From NCBI RefSeq assembly GCF_006345805.1, contig NC_042999.1:126976001-127040000 (forward strand): a DNA stretch of 64,000 bases, read 5' to 3'. Below, piece by piece: positions 1-13,690 of this stretch. Origin of the DNA: Octopus sinensis (lineage: Eukaryota). Under the pieces are notes generated by a model that searched no databases, had not been told where the DNA came from, and worked only from the letters and a program-made list of their open reading frames with translations. A program made the position numbers and the translations under genes. Numbering within the stretch: the stretch's first letter is position 1; every line of letters starts with the position of its first letter.

Positions 1-494
1 AAAACAGGCAGTTTGTATCATAGAACTAGTGGCTTAATGAGTGAATAAGGGAAATAAATCCAAGGGAAATAAATTTAATTAAAATCATGTAAACCAATTT
101 ACTCACAGATTCTAGCAAATGGCCATTAGTAAATTTCGTGACCAAATTTTCTCACCCATAGTAGTAGCTACATTACAAAATCTATGACATTAGCTTCACC
201 CTTTGCAAATTTAATTTCCTCTTCTTCCCTGGTGTCTTTCACTATGAATGCTAGAATCCCCTTCAGATCCCTTCCACTACAGTGATAGATTCCTAGCTCT
301 CAAATTCTCCCTGAACCATTCTATCTTGCTCACCTCTGGTATCCCTACTCTTCTCTGCCTCACCAAACATATCCTCATTCTCAGCAGGGTGTTCTATCAA
401 TATGTTACTGCACCCTTGCTATTGACCAGACCTTTGATCTCCTGTCCTGTACCATCACTACTTTCCCTTCTTCTTCACTTCATGTTCTCTAATC

Positions 495-529
495 CTGAAG
501 AGGAGACACATAAATAAGAAACTACCGTC
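495..529 (+). ncRNA. Heavily degenerate hammerhead-like motif in a probable Penelope-like terminal repeat remnant
   Basis: Core words occur in the right order (CTGAAGA 495-501, GAAAC 518-522, GTC 527-529), followed by a short tail running into (TA)n near 595. Stems I and II no longer pair. Confidence 0.25.
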
Positions 530-2162
530 TGCAAATATGATTATTTTCTTTTCACATTGATCGGAATATTAGAAGTACTCAAGCCCACACAAATATATAT
601 ACTTAGTGGATTAGTGGATCTAGTCATGCACCTTTGAGGAAGTGTGCCTATGGATCAAACAACAATCTTAGCAAACTAGCCATGTAATGTTCATGTAGAC
701 ATTATTTTAAAGTGGTTTGTACAAAGAACTCATTGAATGGGTCATTTTGCACATTGTTTAATTGTTAGTTCTGAGTTATATTAGGAGAAACCATGGTTGC
801 TTTTACATTGCCTATTGCTAGTCTGAACTTAATTATTATAATAATTATTCTGGCACCTCAATTATTACACCAACTCACATCTCTGCTAAGAGTACACAAA
901 CACCATTCATATCACAGTTATTACTCATACAAAAGAATGTATATCTGCGTTAGTGACCTACAAGGAGTCTGGCTGAAGTACATTTCCATCCCACTTCTTA
1001 TACACAGCATACTCTAATTTCTCTCTAATCTAACACCTACAATCTCATCATGCCTATCTTTTATTATGCCAACATTATTAGTGGATGAGTTGAAAAATAA
1101 GCCATTTGTTGCAGTTTGTCAAGGGATTGCTTGATGACAATCACGAAAGTGCTCACATCTGAGAGCATTGCTACTTTTGCACAATAGTAACATGAAAGGT
1201 GTCAGTACTGTTAATGAAGTAAATGTTACAAATGGATGTACTGTGCTTTATGATTAATTAACAAGAATTTTACGATTGGATGCTCATCATCAATAACCAT
1301 TAACAGGGTGAAATGGATCTAGTCTGGTAAGACAGGATTAATGACCCATTCTATCCGACAGAGCCGTGTCTTTCCTGTGTGTAATGATGAAAATTGTTCT
1401 CCGAGACACATTGCCTTTTCTGAGTTTTAAGAAGACAAAGTTCATCTTTGGTCAGAAATTGAATTGTTGAAGAAGATTGGATATAAAAAAAGGGAGAGAA
1501 TCCTAACAAAAGAATAGATTGAGTAGTAGGTTCTCAGTACAATAAAAGATTATTGATATAGGTTAGTTCTTGGTGGTAACATTGGCCACTAAAAAATTAT
1601 TTAGTGACCACAGCACGAAGAAGGTGAGCTTGATTGCCTGGTGTCCACAGTAGAAAGAATAGGAAAAAGAAATGAGAGATTAATGATAGTTTGGATATAA
1701 AATCAGTACATGGTGGGCCATAGATGAATCAAAGTAAATCATTCATTTATGATATACAATCGTTATAGATGCTTATAGGTCCAGTGTCATAGCTATGGCT
1801 CTTGGAGATGGTGGGGAGGCTGATATAATTTTGGCACCCCATTGTAATTAACAGATACGACAAGTATTAGGAAATTTTGCACCCTTTCACACTTGAGCAA
1901 AAGGATGACAACCTGCTTAGTCCCTGTCCTTACAACATCTCTGTGCAATAGGAGGGAGTTCACAACCCTATTTTAAGGAACTAGAACTTATAGCTAAGAA
2001 GGAAAAGATTTGTAAATTCATCAACAAAAATACAGAAAATAGGAATTAGCAAAAGGGATCAACTGAGAATAGAACATTTCATGGAAGATAGACAAACAAA
2101 ATTCATTTTGATATGAGAACAGCATCGAAAAGAAAATCACGAAAAGCAGGGATTTTCCTTAC

Positions 2163-2225
2163 ATCATCTGGAATTTTGTTGCTGTTGTCATTGTTTATAC
2201 CCAGGTCAATCTCGATATTGTGGAA
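2163..2225 (-). CDS. Candidate 63-nt internal exon (FHNIEIDLGINNDNSNKIPDD), product unknown
   Basis: Minus-strand acceptor ttgtctttgatcatag and donor GAT|gtaagg. Only phase 0 is open, which matches the phase-0 end of the 7147-7284 candidate. No homology recognised. Confidence 0.25.
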
Positions 2226-2988
2226 CTATGATCAAAGACAATATTCATATAGTGTATTATATACTCAGAATACCATACAGAGATATTATGTAACCATTTG
2301 GTGAAACTTTGTGCAACAACATTACTATGCTTGGGGACCACACACACGCACACACACAAAGATGTTCCATGTTTTATTGTCACACATACATGTATGTGTG
2401 TGTGTACATTAGTATCTCTATTTACTAGTATGTATGGGTAAGTTTACAGATGCATAGACCAAACAATGCACAAGCACTCACAGATGCACAGAAAGATGGT
2501 AACTGACTACTAAAAAAAAATTACACAGATGGTAATAAAATTGAAAACCATTTATGCTTTGTTATCTACCCAATTAACAGAACAACAGAACATGAACACT
2601 GACAACAACAGTAAAAGTACATATGTGCACACACGAGGGTGTATGTGTGTATGTGTATTTTAAAATTTTGCTACAGTAATACTTTTAAACTGGTGTCAGA
2701 ACTCAATATACAACTGTTTCAGAATAAAGAATCAGCTGAGTACTCTAATTCTTCTCCTCCCCTTCATTGTTCTCTTTTTCGCCCTCTAACTCCCTCACTA
2801 TTCCTCCTTGACTCTCTCGTTGCTCACACGTGATCAGCGGCTATCTTTCTTTCTTCTCCTTGCCTTACAAGAGACAATGCACATTTTTGCCTGTCTCCTG
2901 TCAAAGCTCGTTTCTTCAGCATTCACCACTTCACCTCATTATGACTTAACAGCCCTTACTATTTGTTTTTACTGTTTTGTTCTTACTA

Positions 2989-3042
2989 TCTCCGATGATA
3001 GAATATCCCTTACTCTGGGATATCCCAGAAACAGCTGTAAAA
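2989..3042 (+). ncRNA. Slightly decayed minimal type I hammerhead ribozyme (PLE-type)
   Basis: CCGATGA (U4C) - stem II TAGAATATCCC/GGGATATCCCA (7 contiguous pairs plus U-A closing pair; both mismatches are A-C) - GAAA - palindromic ACAGCTGT - GTA triplet. Stem I is partly decayed. Confidence 0.6.
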
Positions 3043-3489
3043 CTTTGAATCTTTTTTCCAAAAGTAATAATGTATATGACTTCAGATATTTACCTTGCCT
3101 TAATGTTTGTATATACATACACACATGTACACACTTATATATAAATGTATTTACTTAAGTAACATGTAAAGAACAAAAATGCTGACACACTTGCAGAAGC
3201 ACATTAAAGGCAACACTACACACAACACACACATGCATACACCAATACATATCAAAATAAGAAATGACAGCTATGGGGGAAATTTTTTCCAAAGGACCAC
3301 TTGTGTGATAAAAAGCTTTGACAAAGCAATTAACAAATTGATTGATTAATACAATGCACACACACATCTTTCTTCTTAGGTGTCACTTATAACTGAGTAT
3401 GATTTAGTAGTTAGAAAGAATATTCTTCAAATATAATAAAGAAACTTGATTAATGATGCTTTTATCTTGACTGGAAATATTGCAGAATA

Positions 3490-4690
3490 TTGGTTTCAAA
3501 TTTTGGCACAAGGCTAGCAATTTGGGGGTGGGGGAAAGTCGATTACATCAACCCCAGTACTCAACTAGTATATATTTTATCAACCCCAAATGGATGAAAG
3601 GCAAAGTCCACCTTGTCAAAATTTGAACTCAGAACACAGAGACGGACAAAATGCCACTTACCATTTAGCTGGTGTACTAATTCTTCTGCTAGCTTGCTGC
3701 CTTTATATTGCAGAATACTGATTTCAAATTTTGGCACAAGGCTAGCAATTTTAGAGCAGAGGATAAGTCGATTACATTAACCCCAGTGTTCAACTGGTAT
3801 TTATTTTATCGACTCCAACAGGATGAAAGGCAAAGTTGACCTTGGGGAAATTTGAACTTAGAATGTAAAGATGGACAAGATGCTGCTGTCTGTTCACTGC
3901 CTTTATATTGCAGAATATTGATGGGAGAATTAGTAAAATAGATCTTGCTCAAGCCTTTTCTATCTTTCTTCTTGTTTCATCTTAATGACTCTACAACTTT
4001 TACTTCTTTCTTTATAGCTCATTGTCTAGTTAGTTAGTGTCTTCTCCATGCAGTTGCAACTAGTCCACCTGCTTTATTTACTTGTTGTTTACCGAAATCC
4101 TTACAACAGAGTTTTGGGTACCATATTTTAGCTAACTGTAAAGCTCAATCTTAGGGGATTCCAGTATCCTCCTCACAGATTATGCATTACACTCAATGCA
4201 GTGGCAATTCCGTAAGGAGAGATTTAATGTTAGGCATATTGGTAATCTGCAAGACCTTCTGGTTGGAGATGTGGTTATGTCAAGAAACCTTCTTTGTAAA
4301 TGGCAGCCAATGTAATTCACTGCTCAACTTTTTCATGTGTCAGTGATACAGAATATAGGTCTTAGTGCAATACAATAGACAAAATTACTGCTCAGTACAG
4401 TTTAATGCCTCATTGTTTCCTCAGTCTATCACTGTGCTTTTTGGAAGAAACCATATTTTATTTCTTTATCGCCCACAAGGGGCTGAACATAGAGGGGACA
4501 AACAACGATAGACAAAGGGATTAAGTCGATTACATCAACCCCAGTGCGTAACTGGTACTTAATTTATCGACCCCGAAAGGATGAAAGGCAAAGTCGACCT
4601 CGGTGGAATTTGAACTCTGAACGTAACGGAAGACGAAATATCGTTAAGCATTTCACCCAGCATGCTAACGTTTCTGCCAGCTCGCCTATG
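3490..4690 (-). mobile_element. Three copies of a tRNA-headed SINE with (ATT)n tail (here called family B)
   Basis: Repeated GAAAGGATGAAAGGCAAAGTCGACCTCGGYGGAATTTGAACTCAG core at about 3590, 3820 and 4580. The same family recurs many times across the window. Confidence 0.85.
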
Positions 4691-6599
4691 GAAGAGACCA
4701 TATCTGAATGCATGTAGTGCTTCACCTCAGTATCTATGCTGCTATGATCACAGATCATACTATCCAAACATAGAGAGGTTATTGCCAATGGGATAGTAGA
4801 TGAGATAAACTGAACAATCCACTATCCACTCTTGTGGGCATGTGCTCTCCACTAATGATCTCACTCATCATCCTTTCGCAAATAATGAAATGGTGCTGGA
4901 GAAAGTGTAGCCGAACAGATGCTATTGTGTTAGTCACAGATGACAGCAGCTGCAGAATTACTTTTCAGAAAGCTGGAAGATATTTGTCACAGTCAGATCA
5001 TACATAGTGTATAGTTGAAGCAGGTGTTGTCTATTTTCCTAAATGGCTTAAACCTCAATCCCTTGTTTGGTAGTCCCTTCTCATTCTTGCATTAAAACAG
5101 CTGGGGACAAACAACTTATTGGTTGTTGGCATGATATCCAGATATTAGCCTAGTGAATTATAGAAATTATCTTTCTTATTCATTTGTCAACATTGTAACT
5201 TTGCAACAAAATCAGTTACACCTAGATTTCCAGTCAGTGCTAATCTCACCTTCAGTAACCTATCAGATATAGCAACAGGAAGCGGCATAAGTTGGTTGAC
5301 AATACTATTTGTGATGGCCCAGCTACTGTCTTCCTTTCCTGCCTAGAAGAGGTTGTAGTTTTACTCTCATAACTCTTCCTACCTTCCCAAGTGAGTTCCT
5401 GACAAAAGGGTGGTGTCTAACCCATGGTGCATTAATCTCCTATCAATCATCACAGTTTTTCATTTGGACACTGGCTACATCCAACATCATTCTGATATTC
5501 CATAAACCCAAAATCAATTTGATTTGTTTCCTACTTTCTGTATTCTACTACAGAAATAGCAAACCCACTGGGTATGGTGTCCTAGTCAGGTTAAGTTCAA
5601 TGGACTATTTTTTCCCCTACTCCACTTTTTCTTTTATATTGGGATGTCTCTGGATTGGGGCAGAAATCATAATACCTAATTAGAGTTGCCAAGTTAACTG
5701 AGCATGATCTTGGGAAGCTGCCACTCATGACCATGATCATTGGCAGCTGACCTCTAAATGCCATTCCACCACTCACCATTCACGGACATCTATTGCAGAA
5801 CATGTCTACAAAAGGAACATGTGTGTGTTGTGGTTTGGTCATTTGTGTTGCTGAGATCATATCATTCATTGCTGGGCCTTTTTTGTTGGAAAAAAAACTG
5901 CATGTAGAATAACTGAAGCAAATGCATGAGCATTGCTGGATATGATGACATTTGGTGTTGGCTTTTACAATGGAAAATATTAATAAGGACTGGGAGGACA
6001 AGGACATTGTGTGGATCTTCAGAATTGGTCTGTCTGCGCATAAGTCCAAAGCTGTCTACTCAAGTGCCAGAGGTCGTCTGCCTGGCATGAGGTGATGCAT
6101 GTGAATCAGTTGTCCACTCTCAACATTCTGCATGGTGAATTTGGTGTCAATTGCTTTATATGGGGCGACAAGATGGCCAATTCTAGAACATCAGAGAAGC
6201 TATATCACTCCACAGCTTCACACTAATTACTCAATTTATTGATCAATCATGAGAAACTGCGGTAGTTTACACGTGGTGCTTGAGTATCTAACGGTTATGG
6301 CTCGAATCTCCGCTACACGTGCATGCATACTTACATATAAAGGAATACAAAATAGTTTAGTGGGTTATTCATACGTATGAATGTAAAGAAACATCTAAGT
6401 ACAACACAGGAATTAATTCATTTTCCCAGTGAGCGCATAAAATACTTATAACGAATATGCACACACACACACATTTTATGCATTCACTGGGAATAAAAAT
6501 ATCTATTAAAATTAGATTAATCATTAGAGACAAATACTCACACATTTAAATACACGCATATACACACACACTTTCACTCCATCATGAAACTTAAGGAGG

Positions 6600-8200
6600 C
6601 AGTTAAATTTCTTCTGTTAATTTCTCTCTATTTTGTTATTTGGGATTTGAACACACGAAGCGTGCGATTAACATCGTAACACTTAAAATATTACACTGAA
6701 CTTCAAAAGGAGCGGAAACTGTGCCTGTCTCACATCAAAACGAATTAGTGAATTACATATTGAAATCTATGCATTAAATTAACATTTTTTAGAATGAATT
6801 GGAAATGATTTTACAACATTCGTTATTTAGTACTCATGCTGTCAGAATTGGAAAGGCTTTTTTTTTTCTTTTTATGAAATTTGAAACTTTTCCCCACCTA
6901 ATTACTGTACAATTTAACCAGCTAATAAAGTAATATTCAACGTATTGTATCTCTTTTCTTATTTTCAGTACTCTCTTTTTTAATTATTATTATATTAATG
7001 CGTTCAAATAACTTCCGAGACTACAAAGATTTTATAAGGGTATCTGTTCCTTCTCACCCCATAGACGTTGCCGTTATTTAGAAAATTTATTCTGCGTGTG
7101 GTAGGGTATGCATATGTATGTATGTGTGTATGTGTTTGAATCTTACTCCGATATAAATCGGTAAAAATCCGCAGCACTCTTCAAATGAATCCTTTCCGAT
7201 ATTTATTCTCAACCAAATTTCAGAGACCCCCAATGTCAATGTCACTATCATAAATGCATTGAAACAAATTAGTCCATTTGAAACCTGTAACCAACGACGC
7301 TATTATACACTAATAGTAATCCAAAATTAAAAAAATAGGTAAAATATGTGTGTGCGTGTATCTTGTTTGTCAGCTGAAGATGTCGGTCATAAAACCCGCA
7401 TCCAGACTATTTATAGAGACGTTCACAGCACTTGCCAGTATATTAGACCGTTTTATTATAGAATGTCTGCGGCACACGCACGCACGCACACACAGACACA
7501 GGCACGCACGCGCGCGCACTCACACTGTTCCTTTCACACGTTTCAGATAATCTATAATAGCACTACACTCGAATCAGTCCCATAACAAGACCACCCGATA
7601 AAACAGGCCGACACATACACACGAACACAAAACACACGCACACACAAGGCAGACAGAGACACTCACTAATTAGATTATGTAGCCGTCATCATATAGACTT
7701 CTGAATGCCTGTGTACAACCACTGTTTTAAGAACATTTGTAAGTGTAACCTTTACCGCCAGACAAACCAAGCCTCTTTAACTGCTTTTTTAGTTTTCTAT
7801 GTCACAGCTGATCGGCGGATATCTTAGCACTACGTAGACTGCTCTCTCTGCTTCCTCTCACTATCTTTTCTGGTATTCTTCTTCTCTACCTTCTTTCATT
7901 TTATGTGTTACTTTCTTTTTATCTTTATTTTCGTCTCTTCTGGTATATCGCTATTTCTCCCATGCCTCTCTTATATTTTACACACGCTGAACGAAACAGA
8001 GAGAGATAGATAGAGAGAGAGAGCCTTTTACCAGATTGAAACGGGAGCACACACGCACATCTAATCACTTGTATTTCCTTTCTTGCTCCAGTCGATTTTT
8101 TTCTTGAAAGCGTCCACTAACTACCCCGTTACATACATAATAGACACAGCAGAAACTTCTAGAAATAGGATTCTGGATTGCCTGGAAATAGAAACTTGAC
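6600..8200. promoter_or_regulatory. CpG-retaining unique region, probable promoter / 5' UTR region, possibly bidirectional
   Basis: CG dinucleotides are visibly retained compared with the flanks, SINEs are absent and (CA)/(GA) tracts are present. Divergent donor sites: minus GTGAGT at 7518-7523, plus GTAAGT at 7739-7744. Confidence 0.4.
7147..7284 (-). CDS. Candidate 138-nt exon (VSNGLICFNAFMIVTLTLGVSEIWLRINIGKDSFEECCGFLPIYIG); may be partly 5' UTR
   Basis: ttacag acceptor and GGA|gtaaga donor, exactly 46 open codons in phase 0, hydrophobic stretch. The polypyrimidine tract is weak and no protein family is recognised. Confidence 0.35.
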
Positions 8201-8889
8201 ATACTTTATTATTCATCTTATTTTAGTTCATTTTTGGGGTTTTTTTTTATGAGAACCACCTGAACCAGATTACAGATCCCCTTCCCATGTCGTTTTTATA
8301 TAAAGTAATTTTTAGATGAAATCCTACAAATAAATTGATACTTAGCAAGTTGTCTTGTAGTTTAACCGCAAAAATAAAAAGAAATGAATTTTAAAAAATA
8401 ATCTTTGTCAGCGAATAAATCCGAAATGGAAAAGAAAGCTAAACAGGCGCAGCCGTGACAGTACGGTAAGAAGCTTGCTTCCTAACCACATAGTTCTGGT
8501 TTTAGTCCCACAGCATGGAACGTTAGGCAAGTGTCTTCTACTATTGCCTCAAGCTGACCAAATTCCAGTGAGTGGATTTGGTGGATGGAAACAGAATGAA
8601 GCACGTCGTCGTATATATATATAAAACAAGTTATTGGAGCAAATTTGGCTTACAACTGTTTCCAGTAGTCATTATAGGTACATTACTGATAGGTGATGTA
8701 TAACCGTCAGTAAATCATAAATCCGAAAGAAAAATACAGGTCACCGGCCATTAGGGTCTGAAGAAACACTGTAAAGCTAGGTGCTTTATGGACGTGGAAC
8801 CCAGGGTAACCCCATAGACCGGCGTTAACTATCTTTATCAAATATATATGTGTGTGTGTGTGTTTGTGTGCGTGCGTGCGTGTATATTA

Positions 8890-8927
8890 TCTTTCTGTTG
8901 AAGAGCGTAGGCTCGAAACGTTAAAGA
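8890..8927 (+). ncRNA. Minimal type I hammerhead-like motif with A6U core variant, in a (TA)n-anchored PLE-like remnant (about 8880-9025)
   Basis: TCTTT-CTGTTGA-A-GAGC gtag GCTC-GAA-ACGT-T-AAAGA: 5-bp stem I, 4-bp stem II, palindromic ACGT stem III. Confidence 0.55.
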
Positions 8928-9031
8928 CTTGTTTTATTTATATTTCCTGAGTGCCATACTAATACAATTGTTTGTTTGTATTCCACCTGCCTTCGTCTTT
9001 TGTCTATTTTCATAAAGCTTCCCGTTATATA

Positions 9032-9099
<68 letters not shown>

Positions 9100-9200
9100 A
9101 AGTTAATCCAAACATGAAAACACAAAGAGAAAACACAACAATGTGAGGACGTGGAACAAGTATAGTGTTATTGGACGCTCGGGAAAGGAAAGAAAGAAGG

Positions 9201-9235
9201 ATTTAATGTTTCGAGCAGAGCTCTTCGTCAGAAAC
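9201..9235 (-). ncRNA. Minimal type I hammerhead-like motif in a second (TA)n-anchored PLE-like remnant (about 9100-9310)
   Basis: Minus strand GTTT-CTGACGA-A-GAGC tct GCTC-GAA-ACAT-T-AAAT: canonical core. Stem III ACAT looks like a CpG-decayed ACGT. Confidence 0.55.
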
Positions 9236-9357
9236 ATAGGAAAAGGAAAGATCCAAGGAAGGGAAGACGGAGGGAAAAAAATCGCCAATGATACACACGC
9301 GGTCACATTTTGAATATATATATATATATATATGTATGTAAGTATGTATGCTTAATT

Positions 9358-10201
9358 AAAAAATACACATTAAGTACAGGACATCACCTACAACTGAAAA
9401 TTACGTAAATATACGAGAGAAAAGTTTAGAACAAAATGTCAAAAGAAGATAACTTGCTCATCAGTTGTCAACTATTTATTACTACCCATTTCGTGCTTTT
9501 AAGGACAAGATAGGAATAAGACAGCAGCATCCAGAAATTTTAAAAATATAAAATTTGTGGAGTGTTAGGGCTCTGTTTTCTGTCTTTCTCTCTATCTCTC
9601 TATAAATCTCTATATTTTCCTTTTCTCCCTCTCCCTCTTTGTCTTTCACTCCTTACTATCTTTTGTTCCTTCTCCCTTCTCTTCACTACTTTTGTTTCTT
9701 TCCCTCATCCTCTCTCTCATCCCCTCTCTTGTCTCCTTTCTACTCTGTCTGTTGGTCACGTGATTATAGGCCTTTTTCGCTGCCTCTGTCTTTTTTGGAT
9801 GTGACATCTAACTAGTTGGACTCATTTCCCTTTTCTCTCCTGTCGACACATTTTTTTCCCTCTTCTACTATTTTCTTCTCTTTATTCTATATCCTTTCAA
9901 AATTTCTCCCAGGCATTACCCATTACAATTCGTCTTGGCCTAACACCCCTTACTGTTTGTCTTTGTCGATTGTTTACTCTGTATGTCCACAATTTTTATA
10001 TTTTTAAAATTTCTGGATACTGCTGTCTTATGAAGGAAGAATTCCTATCTTATCATTAAAAACATCAGATAGGTAGTTAATAAACAGTCAACAACTGATG
10101 AGCGAGTTATCTTCTTTTGGTATTTTGTTCTGTACTTTTCTCTCATGTGTTTATGTATTGTTCCCTCGTTGGTGATGTTCGATACTTAATGTGTATTTTT
10201 T
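9358..10201. repeat. Diverged inverted repeat with about 205-215-bp arms
   Basis: 9358-9561 is the reverse complement of 9986-10201 (roughly 80% identical by eye, with a ~12-bp insertion in the right arm). The spacer is about 424 bp and CT-rich. Confidence 0.85.
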
Positions 10202-12413
10202 ATTTATTATAATTGAACCCACGCAGCTTTGTCCACAGGCACATAAAACGCATCACCCAAACGTCGCTGATGCTAGTGCCACATGACTGGCTCCCATGCC
10301 AGTGGCATTAAATAGCACTACCTGAATGTGATCAATGCCAGGGCCGCCTGACTGGCTCCTGTGCCAGTGACATGTAAAAAGTACTCACTACACTCTCAGA
10401 ATGATTGGAGCCTGGTACAGCCACTGGCTCTCTAGACCTCAGTAGAGCCGTTCAACCCATGCCAGCATGGAAAACGGACGTAAAATTATGATGATGATGA
10501 TATATATATATATATCTTACCAACCACATGGTTCTGAGTTCAGTCCCACTGCATGGCACCTTCTGAGTGAATTTGGTAGACAGAAACTAAAAGAAGCCTG
10601 TCGTATATATATATATATATATATATATGTTTGTGTGTCTGTGTTTGCCCAACATCGCTTGACAACTGATGCATTTACATCTCTGTAGCTTAGCAGTTCA
10701 GCAAAAAAGACTGATAGAATAAGTTCTAGGCTTACAAAGAATAAGTCCTGGGGTCGATTTGCTTGACTAAAGATGGTGCTCCAGCATGGCCACAGCCAAA
10801 TGACAAACAAGTAAAAGAGTAAAAGAATATATGTTTATATCTATGTGTGTGTCCTTGTGTCTGTGTTTGTCCCCCTCTCAACCACTTGACAACCACTGTC
10901 AGTGTGTTTGAATCTTTGTATCTTAGTGGTTCAGCAAAAGACACCAATAGAATAAGTACTAGGCTTAAAAAAATAAGTCTTGTGGGCCAATTTGTTCAAC
11001 TAATCCCCTCCCCTCATTGTTCAAGGTGGTACCCCAGCATGACCATAGTGAAATAACTGAAAGAAGTAAAAAAATAAAAGATAACAGTCTGCATATATTA
11101 GAAATAATAGTAATATGAAGTCTGCAGATTAGGTACAGTGTCAATTCGTGTAAGTATAATTAGCTTGGTGATAACCTCTCTAATTTGTAAAATATTCAGC
11201 TGATTTGACATGTCATTCATTGTTCATTGTTGAACAAAAGCCCTAGACTTCTAGATATAATGTAACTAAATGCTTGAGGATTGTGATAACCAACAAAATA
11301 TTCAACATGCCAGTTATTATAATAGTCAAGTTTTGACCATCTCTCCTATTCAGTGCAAGCCCTACTGGTATTCAGATTATCGACTGTTGCAGAAATAAAA
11401 GGCTAAGGCGACCTTGGCAGAGGATTCATTTTTCCATTGCCGTTGGCTGTTTTTAAACTACTCAATCTGTTCTCATCAATTATCCAGTCTAGTCTTGCCT
11501 TTCAGAGAGCACTCTCATATATGTTGTTGGTTTTAGCTGTAGGTGGTGTTAGATGTTCTTTTTCTGCCCACTGAATGAGGTTAAATAAGAGCATTAGACC
11601 ATGAGGGAAACTAGTTAGTTTTTCTAGCAAGAAAACTGTTATGGAAAGGGCATGGGAAGAATTTAGTTCTTTGGGTAAGGGAGAAAATATACTTTCAATA
11701 AATTATATATATAAAAAAAATATATATATATAACAAGAACAGTTCCTGGAGACCGACTCAATCAACTGCTTTGGAATTGGTGATAAGAAGAAAAGGGATA
11801 TGATGTGGATTCCAAGCATTGCAACACTATGTGTGTATACATACATACATACATATATATATACATATATTTATATGTGCATGTGTGTGCGTGTATACAC
11901 ATACATATTCCATACATATGGATAAATACACATACACATATGTATGAATATAAGTATGTTTAGACATATATATATATATAAAGCCCTTATTGTTGGTTTC
12001 CTTGTCCTGTCTTTTACTGTTTTTATTCTTTATTTGTATTGTTATTTTTCTTCATTTGTATTGTTTTTACGTCCTGTTCTTGTCACTTTTTTTACCCCTC
12101 TGCAAAAAAATTTTATTTAATTCATTTTGCGGGAAGGACTGCTTCGGCTGGATCGTGTTCTGCCCTTACCTTCGAAACATGCATTGAGTCGAAACAGGGG
12201 CAGCTGAAGAAGGGGAATGTTCCTTGTATTGTTTGTCTTGTATTCTGTTTTTTCGTAGTTAAAAAAAGTCCCCTTCCTTGTTTGATTTTTATGTTTTTGT
12301 TTCTCGTTGTGTTCTACATTTATTTGTGGTGTCCTGTACTCATATATGCATGTATATATACATATAGATGTAGGTATGTACATATATGTATGTATGCATA
12401 TGTTTCATTTATT

Positions 12414-12460
<47 letters not shown>

Positions 12461-12699
12461 TCTGCTTCACCACTGTACATCTTCAAAGTTGCAAAATATG
12501 AAGTTGTCTCCATTCTGTCTACTCCAACAAAGTGACCACTTCTGACCATGCTTATTTCCTTTCTCTTTAAACATTATATTCCATGCTTCTAGGGGTGGGG
12601 ACATAGAGAAACTAGAGGAAGTCTATGAATTAAAGCCCTAGACTCCCTGGGTAAATTCATTTGAATAAAAGAATTCTTTGGTAATGAAAATGTTGGAAA

Positions 12700-12784
12700 A
12701 CACTAAACTAGTCATATTATTATTATCATCCCCTCCCCAAAATAGCTGCCCTTGTGGCAAAATTTGAAACTATTATTATTATTA

Positions 12785-12853
<69 letters not shown>

Positions 12854-13656
12854 GGTGGCAAGCTGGCAGAATTGGTAGCATGCCAGGCAATATGCTTAGC
12901 GGCATTTCCTCTCTCCTTATGCTCTGAGTTCAAATGCCGCCAAGGTTGACTTTGCTTTTCATCCTCTCAGGGTTGATAAAATAAAAACCAGTTGAACACT
13001 GAGGTCCATGTAATTGACTTATTCCATCCCCTGTAATTACTGGCCTTGTGCCAAAATTTGAAATCATTATTATTATTATTACTATGTTTTTTCCTTCTTT
13101 CTTCAAATTTTCTTCCGTTTCTCGCCGAGTGTTTTCCATACACCTAGGGCAGAGAAGGGCATTTTATGCATTCCCAGATTACATGTGCAAATTCACAGAT
13201 AAAATATGTATTTAAAAATTAATAAATAAATAAATTCATGGATGGATGTTATTTTCACAGCGATAGTGCTCTTCTCAGTACATAAGCCGTTCCAGTTAAT
13301 ATGATTTTTTGCACTTCCTGTAGGGATGGTAAGCCTGGAATCATTTTCAAATAGGTTTCAGTACCTTTTTTTATCATTCTCAAGTCGCCTTGAGATGCCA
13401 CATTTTTTCAATTTCTATTAGCAGGTCTTTATATTTACTAATCTTGTCAAATTCTTTCGCCGCTATATTGTGATCACAGGGAATACTCATGTCAATTAAT
13501 AAACACATCCTTTTTGTCTGATCTTTTATAATAATATCTGGTTTATTAGCTTTTATAGTCTTGTCGGTCTGCATGGGGAAGTCCCATAGAATCGACACAT
13601 TTTCTCCCTCAGTTACAGCTTCAGGATGATGTTTATACCATTTGTCAGCGGTTTTG

Positions 13657-13690
<34 letters not shown>

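Noticed and set aside
12171-12230. GAAAC...CTGAAGAAGGGG permuted (type II) hammerhead in a PLE-like repeat (about 11985-12345)
   Set aside because: Stem I cannot close (G opposite G) and stem II relies on G-U pairs; at most a decayed remnant.
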